Assembly: GCA_951406725.2 (NCBI GenBank)
Contig: OX597830.1
Span: forward strand, 51,522,001 to 51,586,000
Origin: Octopus vulgaris
Taxonomy: Eukaryota
Direction: 5' to 3'
DNA: 64,000 nt
Position 1 is the stretch's first letter. Each line of letters opens with the position of its first letter. The position numbers and the translations under genes were made by a program. The notes beneath the pieces were generated by a model that was not told the DNA's origin, did not search any database, and worked only from the letters and a program-made list of their open reading frames with translations. Below, one piece after another: positions 55,137 through 64,000 of this stretch.

Positions 55137-56938
55137 AACTAACACTCAAATGAATGCAGCAAAGAATCACCCGATATATATATAGTTCCAGGACAATTCT
55201 ATTCAGTTAATTCAATTTTCAACATTGATAAATTATATTTTTATGGTAACAACTTTCATATAAAGAGGTTGTGTTATTTATTGATATTGAAACCATAAAA
55301 CTGATTGTGAGTTATAATGATATCATACAAGGCGGCATATTGGCAAAGCGGTCAATAAAATGGCTGACGATAATCGTTCCGGCGGCTCTCTATCATCTAA
55401 ATTCAAATTCCAACGATATCAGGTTTGCACCTTAAAAAAACCCCAGAAAACACATGTGAAGTGTCCCATAAAACAACCTGTATATTGTCTCGCAAAACTA
55501 CTTCTGTAGTGACCTACAAAAAATACCTGTGTAATATCCCACGAAATTACCTGCGTATTATCCCATGGATCTACTTGTGTAAGGCCGCACAAAAATTCCA
55601 AAGATACAATGTGTATCTTATGGAAGTCACTATTGGTCGTTGATTGACCCAGTGGTGCGAAGAAGAAAGACAGAAGTGACCACAACAGTGTAAGTTGTTA
55701 ACTATAGTGAGGTGACGTGAGAGGTGAGACTCCCTTCGTTCATGAATGACCATGAGATTGCACCTAGAAAGTTACTCTCCGAGGTACAAGTCCAGGCAGG
55801 GTTGTTTATGGAAGGCCAGCGTTTGCCCATGCATACCAGCCTCCCCTATCCACACCGCTGATGTTATCCAAGTGAAAGGCAAAGGGGCCGATACAGCTAG
55901 ACACCAGTGACATCGCAACTCATTTCTACAGCTGTGTAAACTGGAGCAATGTTATATAAAGTGTCTTGCTCAAGAACACAACACGTAGCACGGTCCGGGA
56001 ATCGAACTCGCAACCTCACGATCATAAGCTCGACGCTTTAACCATCGAGCCATACGCCTTCACTATAGTATATGCTATTTTTTATGATGAAACAAGTCTT
56101 AAGTGTGACTCAAATAATTCTGTGCACAGAACAAAAAAATTATCTTTAACCATTTTAAAATTCTATTCTTAATATGAAGAAAAACTATTTCGCGTTAACA
56201 ATAATTTTTATCAAGACTGACAAGGAAGGGAATTCCAAAATTCAAAAGTATTAAAGAGTGGAGAAAAAAAATATTTAGTGTTAAAGACAATTCTTATCAA
56301 GATAGACAAGGGCGGGGAATTCATTAAGAAATGGGGATGTATATCTTATTCTAGACAAACTCCAGTCTCCTAAGACCTTTTCAGCAAAGTATACTTTTGA
56401 AACAGCACTAACAAAGCTGAGAATGATTTCAGATGATACATAATGTATGTTTGCACGTATATATGCAAACATATGTGTATGTGTCAATGACCGTATGTAT
56501 GTACATATCAGTGTGTCTAAATATACGTATATATATTTTTATCTATCCACCCCTGTGTGTGTGTGTGTGTGTGTATTCAAAGGCGTAACTGTGTGGTAAC
56601 AAGTTTGCATCCCTACTACCAGGTTCTCCGCTGTATGTCCCCCTGGAATGATCAAACCCTTGTGAATGGTTTTGGATTTGGTAGACAGAAACTTAAAGAA
56701 GCACATTTTATTTATTTGTGTCTGTATTTGTATGTGTTTGCGTGAGTTTGTGTTGGTGTGTTTACCTCCAAGTAACCTAGCGGTTTGGCAAAAGAGACCA
56801 TAGAATAAGTACCAGTCTAAAAAAAAAAAAAGATAAACGTTCTGGGATAGATTCGTTGGATTAAACTTCTTCAAGGAGGTGCCCCAGCGTGGCCGCGGTC
56901 TAATGACTGAAACAAATAAAAAATAATATATGCATATA

Positions 56939-56996
<58 letters not shown>

Positions 56997-57002
56997 TATA
57001 CA

Positions 57003-57094
<92 letters not shown>

Positions 57095-57531
57095 GCATAT
57101 ATGTCGAATATGTACATAGGTACCGGCATGCGATACAAAACAGGAAGAAGTTAAAAACAAGCTGGATTATCTAGAAAAATTCTATAATATGGTGTTTTAT
57201 TGTTTGAATATACAATAAAGTCAATTTAATTAGTCTAAATAATCTCAGGCTGCCTTATTGACTCATAAAGTTCCATTTACGCTACACCTGTGAAATCTCA
57301 GAATGTCCGCAGAACATTTTATGGTGTATTATGTCTATAAAACATACTATAAAACAGCAATTAACTCAGATTAATTAATCTTAACTGTCGTTAATGTTAA
57401 TTGCTGGTTTATTTGTAATTTGGGTGAATGTAGCATATCGTTTGTATCATATTGTTAATTTTACCAGAGGCCGTTGTTTGTGTATATTTTCGACAACTAT
57501 ACTATAATATATGCATGTATATATGTATATA

Positions 57532-57727
57532 CAGGATGTCCATAAATTATCATTAAAATATGAAACTTCAAAAAAAAAAAAAGCAGGAAAGAAAGAAAAT
57601 TAAGGGCATCTCAGCAAAGAAATAAGAACTAATCATATTTACTTTACACGCAAAGATATTGATATATCTCAACTTTAAGGGATACAAAAAATTGTGGAAG
57701 TTGTAAAGCTAATTTACGGACATCCTT
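57532..57727. mobile_element. Tc1/mariner-type MITE
   Basis: TIRs CAGGATGTCCATAAATTA / TAATTTACGGACATCCTT with TA flanks. Confidence 0.65.
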
Positions 57728-57829
57728 TATATATATATAGGGAAAGCTTACGAAAAAGACAAAAGACGAAGATAGGTGGTGTACAAAACAAACAGATGTA
57801 TTAGTATAACGCTCAGGAATAGAAAAAGT

Positions 57830-57864
57830 CTTTTACGTTTCGAGCCACGCTCTTCTACAGAAAG
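57830..57864 (-). ncRNA. Hammerhead-like motif with CUGUAGA (A6U) core
   Basis: CUUU-CUGUAGA-A-GAGC-GUG-GCUC-GAAA-CG-UA-AAAG within a repeat at about 57738-57910. Confidence 0.55.
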
Positions 57865-57943
57865 GGACACAGAAAAAAACAAGGAGAGAAAAGAACAAGG
57901 AGAGAAAAAAAATATATATATATATATATATAGGCGCGGGATA

Positions 57944-58363
57944 GGCGCAGGAGTGGCTGTGTGGTAAGTAGCTTGCTTACCAACCACATGGTTCCGGGTT
58001 GAGTCCTACTGCGTGGCATTTTGGGCAAGTGTCTTCTACTATAGCCTCAGGCCAACCAAAGCCTTGTGAGTGGATTTGGTAGACGGAAACTCAAAGAAGC
58101 CCGTCGTATATATGTATGTATATATATGTGTGTGCGTGTGTGTATGTTTGTGTGTCTGTGTTTGTCCACCTAGCATTGCTTGACAACCGATGCTGGTGTG
58201 TTTACGTCCCCGTCACTTAGCGGTTCGGCATAAGAGACCGATAGAATAAGTACTGGGCTTACAAAGAATAAGTCCTGGGGTCGATTTGCTCGACTAAAGG
58301 CGGTGCTCCAGCATGGCCGCAGTCAAATGACTGAAACAAGTAAAAGAGTAAAAGAGTAAAAGA
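57944..58363 (+). mobile_element. SINE family A copy; partial or older copies at about 26405-26582 (-), 48955-49620 (-), 56581-56920, 59265-59406 and 61093-61310
   Basis: Colinear with 13161-13570. Confidence 0.85.
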
Positions 58364-58389
58364 ATATTAGATACTTAAATAAGTATCGG

Positions 58390-59110
58390 TTGGAATTGGC
58401 TCAGGCCACGACTAACTTAATAGCACATCCTGGAAATGACATCTAATGATGTTTCATATTGCAATCAATCTTTTGGCACCATAGCCCATTCGAGTAAAGC
58501 GGTATTCTTTGCAGAAATATATGCAGTTGTACGTGGTTTATCTGGAATTTGTTGGAAGTATTCATCCAGGAGCTGTTTGAATGTTATGAGATCTTTATTT
58601 CCCTTTATGTGTCTTGGCATGATACTAACGAGAACGGGATCAGCTGTTCTGTCTTAGTGTTGTGATGTGAAGTGAGCATGAGTTTTGCAGAAGACGGATG
58701 GCACGGGGTGCAAGACTTGGGTGTATTTTAAATTTCATGGCATCAACATTTGGACAATGCTGTTGGGATATTTTCCACAAATATATACAAATATATATTT
58801 ATTTACTTTTTTTATTTATTTTATTTATTTTTTTTTACGTTTACAGCACCTAGGTTTCCCAAGCGGTCACCCATCTAAGTACTAACTAGGCTCGACTTTG
58901 CTTAACTTCGGTGATCGGACGAGAACCGGCGTTTTCAAAGTGATATGGCCGTAAACGTATACAAATATACTTATACAAATATTTACAAATGACATAGCGC
59001 TCTCAGCAGTGTTGGAAGGAAAAAGACTTCAGCTTCTCGAGTCGACCCCAGTAGACGGGAGCTGCCATGGCGTCTATTTTGTTTGTGCTTCATCTTTTGG
59101 GTGCTTCAAT
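58390..59110 (-). mobile_element. Decayed CR1/L2-group LINE 3' fragment, split by the 5S insertion
   Basis: Translates as ...YWGRLEKLKSFSFQHC*ERYVIC, then 5S, then WKISQQHCPN...TLRQNS...FKQLLDEYFQQIPDKP...LLEWAM, typical of an ORF2 C-terminus. The same 3' UTR motif (ctaacttaatagcac) recurs at about 18440-18505 and 27545-27665. Confidence 0.75.
58837..58956 (-). rRNA. 5S rRNA: 5S rRNA, full-length 120-nt dispersed retrocopy (probable processed pseudogene)
   Basis: Minus strand GTTTACGGCCATATCACTTTGAAAACGCCGGTTCTCGTCCGATCACCGAAGTTAAGC...AGTACTTAGATGGGTGACCGCTTGGGAAACCTAGGTGCTGTAAACGT. A-rich tail instead of a T-run terminator. 12-bp direct repeat TATACAAATATA at 58784-58795 and 58958-58969. 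Confidence 0.92.
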
Positions 59111-59405
59111 TGTTATATTTTGTTTTATGTGGGGACACAGCGGGCACAGTATTAATGTGTATGTGTGCGTATGTGAGTGTGTGTGTGTGTGTATGTGGTG
59201 TGTACGCGTGTATGTTATTATATATATAGACTATGTGTGAGTGTGTATACGTTGGTGTGTCTGTGTTTGTCACACACACCCCCATCCATCGCTTGACAAC
59301 TGATGCTGGTGTGTTTATGTCCCCGTAACCTAGCGGTTCGGTAAAAGAGACCGATAGAATATCGGTCTCTTTTACCGAATGACTGAAACCAATACATGAA
59401 TAAAA

Positions 59406-59449
<44 letters not shown>

Positions 59450-60094
59450 GTGTGTAAGTATGTATGTTTACATACATATATATATACATGTGTGTAAGTA
59501 TGTATGTTTACATACATACATATATACATATGTATGTGTGTGTATGTTTGTGTGTGTGTAAAGGTAAGATCCAAGAATCAAGGCGTAGGAAGTTAGTGAG
59601 TTTCAAGCAATCTGTAGAAGATATTAAAAAACTTTCAGGAACATTTGTGGTTTATTGGCGCAGAGGGTTTCCCACATCGAAGTACGATAAGCTGAAAAAA
59701 GTTACTTATGTAGTTAACGGTTAGCAACAGAGGCTGTTGTGTATGCGAATAAGGAATGGAGCGGACAAAATCCAGGTTACATACATTTCATAGCTAGCGG
59801 AACCTCGCTGATAGTAAAATATCCAAACGAAGGGTAGGCTGCAAGCTACTCTTCAGGCCGGTATAACTTGGTTACAGGAAGTTTACATTCTCCTTAGGAG
59901 ATCCCCTGTTCGAATCCCCGATTTAACACGGGGTCTCCTAACGACAATGTAAGCTTCATATAAACCAAGGTATCCTTGGCCTGAAGAGTAGACACCCCTC
60001 GTTTGAATGTTTTATTAAGTCTGTAACATATGTTTCTGCTTACAAAGAAACATATGTAGCCTAGATTTTATCTACTGCATTCCCTAATTTGTTA

Positions 60095-60146
<52 letters not shown>

Positions 60147-60369
60147 CTTTATTGCCCACAAGGGGCTAAACATAGAGGGGACAAACAAGGACAGACAAAG
60201 GGATTATATCGACCCCAGTGCGAAACTGGTACTTTATTTATCGACCCGAAAGGATGAAAGGCAAAGTCGACCTCGGCGGAATTTGAACTCACAACGTAAC
60301 GACAGACGAAATACAGCTACGCATTTCGCCCGGCAATCTAACGTTTCTGCCAGCTCGCCGCCTTAATAA

Positions 60370-60417
<48 letters not shown>

Positions 60418-61318
60418 AAACACACATGCACACACACGCATGCGCGCAGGCGCGCACACACACAAATGCATATATATATATGTATGTATGTATTTGCAAA
60501 CATATTTTCCAAAAAATGCTACCACGTCTCTTCAAAACAATGGGAGTAACAATATAAATAAAACCCTACAAACTTGATTGTTTTTAAAGTCTATTGTTAA
60601 CATTCCGTTTAGTGTTTGAAGTTGACAGCTGGAATTTATTACCTCCTATTTTATCTTGATGTCACAATCTGCCTTTTATTGAAATGGCAAAAAATCTTTA
60701 GGATTGTTTTCAGTATCTTGTGATTCACCAGCTCCTTGCTAGTCAATGGACACTGGGCAGGATGATTTATGAAATTTTGTACATTGAAGCAAAGGATTGT
60801 TATTTTCGTTTTAATCTGTTATTTCTTTGGCGGAAATTTAAGGTTACTAAAAAAAGATTTTTATCCGAAATTTCGAGAAACGAAGTTTGTAGTACAATGT
60901 TTCAATTATAACTGGATCTGTAAGCAACTTATCAGATTCTGGCATTTACTTTAACCCTTTCGTTTCGTTATTTCTGTTGAAACAGATTTTGTGTTATATA
61001 GAAGAATTTATTACAAGAGCTATATGAATATTAAGCAAATGGTTGAAAAAAAGTTAAAAGGCAATTTTGATGAATAGTTTTAGCTTATATATATGTTTGT
61101 GTGTCTGTGTTTGTCCCCCTAGCATTGCTTGACAACAGATGCTGGTGTGTTTATGTCCCCGTCACTTAGCGGTTCGGCAAAAGAGACCAATAGAATAAGT
61201 ACTGGGCTTACAAAGAATAAGTCCCGGGGTCGATTTGCTCGACTAAAGGCGGTGCTCCAGCATGGCCACAGTCAAATGACTGAAACTAGTAAAAAAAAAG
61301 AAAAAAAAAGATATATGC

Positions 61319-61349
<31 letters not shown>

Positions 61350-61363
61350 GCATATATACATAT

Positions 61364-61444
<81 letters not shown>

Positions 61445-61446
61445 TG

Positions 61447-61488
<42 letters not shown>

Positions 61489-61616
61489 CAGATATAGATA
61501 TAGATATATACATACATACTTCCATACATACATATATACATACATACGAACATACATATATACAAACATACATACATAGATACATACATACATACATACA
61601 TACATACATACATACA

Positions 61617-61648
<32 letters not shown>

Positions 61649-62360
61649 CGCATACACACATAAACATTCGAAGCGACAAGTCGCGTGTTTGGTGTGGGAG
61701 ACTACTTATCGAAAATACAATGAATACTACCTTTGATGAATACTAGCTTTGGAGCCACAACTATCAGCCTTGCTAAATAACTGGCTAACCTTCAGCTAAA
61801 TTAACTGATAGATCCTTTTATCCACGATTGTTGTGATTTTTGACTGAACCTTGAATTTAGCATGCAGAAAAATACTATAAAAACATGGCTGGACACAAAA
61901 TCAACATCACAGTCGAACAACAGAACGAAAACAACGGCTCAGCAGGCAAACGAATTCTTTCTAGGTGTAGTTTTAGAAGAAACCGTAACTATAAAACTCA
62001 TTTCTCTTGGAGTTATGAATTGAACAATGATAGATTTAACTGCTACGAAAAAGCATAACAAAAGTCCGCTGTTGGCTATATGAATCGATTGGAATCATAT
62101 TGGAACGATCTGCAACCAGAATTAAATCATTTACTGCGAAGCAACTACGCCAACAAGCAACATTTGTAGAACATAGAAATAAGTTTAGTAACTGTAACTT
62201 TATTTAAAAATTCGAAACTTAACCTTCTTCCCAACTCTATAAAATAAAACGAAAACGTGAATAATATAAGACCACCGTGTGGTTTCGCAGCTAACGACAT
62301 TCCAACAGAATCCATAGTGTCTGCCAGCCAAACTACATTACTGGCTCGAGTAATATACAT

Positions 62361-62628
62361 ATATGTTAATCCAAACATGAAAACACAAAGAGAAAACACG
62401 ACGTGAGAATGTGGAACAAGTATAGTGTTATTGGACGTTCAGGAAAGGAAGGAAAGAAGGAGGATTTAACGTTTCGAGCGGAGCTCTTCGTCAGAAACAT
62501 AGGAAAAGGAAAAATCCAAGGAAGGGAAGACATCGCCAACGATACACACGCGGTCACATTTTGAATAGCCGGAAGGGAATGGGTGAAGAAAAAGTTCTTT
62601 CAAAGAAAAGAGAGTGCAAGAGAATGAG

Positions 62629-62664
<36 letters not shown>

Positions 62665-62746
62665 TTCCTGAGCGTCCAATAACACTATACTTGTTCCACA
62701 TTCTCACGTCGTGTTTTCTCTTTGTGTTTTCATTTTTGGATTAACA

Positions 62747-62749
<3 letters not shown>
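62361..62749. mobile_element. Hammerhead-bearing short element with a partial inverted duplicate
   Basis: 62361-62446 and 62664-62749 are near-identical inverted arms. Same family as about 20617-20802 (-) and 44921-45131 (+). Confidence 0.7.
62464..62498 (-). ncRNA. Minimal hammerhead motif, GAGC-UCC-GCUC family
   Basis: GUUU-CUGACGA-A-GAGC-UCC-GCUC-GAAA-CG-UU-AAAU. Canonical core, palindromic ACGU helix III. Confidence 0.7.
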
Positions 62750-62789
<40 letters not shown>

Positions 62790-63199
62790 AAAAAATATAT
62801 ATAAAAATACAAACTGGGACAAGAACGCAAAACATTCAAATAGACGACACATAAAAACGGACGGGTCATTCGAAGCCTCTAATCTTCAGTCAGGAACCGG
62901 ATCATCCTCGCAATTTCGGTTGATTAATCTTGAGATCGCTCCGATCCGGCCAGCTCCAAGGAAAAACTAAGCTACAAGCATTAGATTTCTTGGAAAAAGG
63001 ATCGAATGTATACGAAACAAGGACAGAAAAACGGACGATGCCACACGAATAAAAATACAAAAAGCAATAATAATAATAACAGGGCAAAAACAACAGGTGT
63101 CTTTCGACTTTAGACAGTTCAACTTAGCTTAGCTGGCATACACATACATACACATTCACACAAACATATATATCTATTTATATATATATATATAAATGT

Positions 63200-63271
<72 letters not shown>

Positions 63272-63300
63272 ATGTGTGTATGTATGCATGCATCTATGCA

Positions 63301-63347
<47 letters not shown>

Positions 63348-64000
63348 GTATGTATGTATCTCAGTATATATCTATTCATGTATGAGAAGTTGGCATGCCA
63401 AGAGTGTTTATCTTTCATAGATAAGGTTACTGGTCTATATTCTAAAACTTTTGCCGTCTATCGTGCGGAAATCCGTTTAGTGATAAAAGTTGATAAACTG
63501 AAACTCTATAGTCCTGTTGACCTCTCTTTTGCTCTCCACGATAGTATTCTATAATAAATAGACCATTTGTAATTGTTTCATGTATCAAATAAATTTCATT
63601 AATAGATTTAATTTATTTATAATTGTACAAACCACTAGAACATTGGGTGAGCCCATCGTAATCTTTATAGTGCATGTGTATGGGGTTGTGTATGTGTGTG
63701 TGTGTATCTGTGTGTGTGGGGATTATGTGTGCGTTTGCGATTGTCTGTGTGTGTGTTGTGTTGTGTTGTGTGGGTGTATGTGTGTGCTGTGTTGCGTGTA
63801 TGTGTATGCATGTGTATGTGTTTTGTGTGTATGTGTGAATTGTGTGTGCGTGTGTGTTGTGTGTGTTTGTGCTTTGTGTGTGTGTGTGCTTTGGGTGCGC
63901 GTGTGCACGCGCGAGCGTACATTTATTAACTTTCACAAGGAAAAGTTTGGCAGTAATTTCGAATTTTCGTCTTGCTCGGCCTCCATTAGACTGTCCTATG

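Noticed and set aside
61861-62023. Possible distal cytoplasmic exon after gaatttag
   Set aside because: Weak pyrimidine tract and no recognisable motif, so it cannot be preferred over nearer candidates.

Overview
AT-rich, microsatellite-saturated animal genomic DNA. The SINE content points to a coleoid cephalopod, probably Octopus (inference). Almost all ORFs in the track are artefacts of (TA)n/(CA)n/(TAGA)n/(TACA)n repeats. Reading splice sites by hand gives one + strand gene with 12 phase-compatible exons (4876-54634, 1435 coding nt, about 479 codons). It encodes a type I membrane mucin-like protein: Ca-binding EGF, SEA-like domain, 4-Cys half-EGF, Ser/Thr stalk, second SEA-like domain, second 4-Cys module, TM helix and a Tyr-rich tail. 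The N- and C-termini are unresolved. The introns hold tRNA-derived SINEs, CR1/L2- and RTE-type LINE fragments, non-autonomous Helitrons, a Chapaev3-like relic, Tc1/mariner and hAT MITEs, and a retroposed full-length 5S rRNA. The most notable unannotated signal is a dozen or more type I hammerhead ribozyme motifs from several sequence families. They sit in short Penelope-like pseudo-LTR or retrozyme-like elements, often in tail-to-tail inverted arrangements within (TA)n tracts. The best-formed copies are antisense to the host gene, and one family carries a consistent CUGUNGA (A6U) core variant. All structures were read by eye; nothing was folded or searched computationally.
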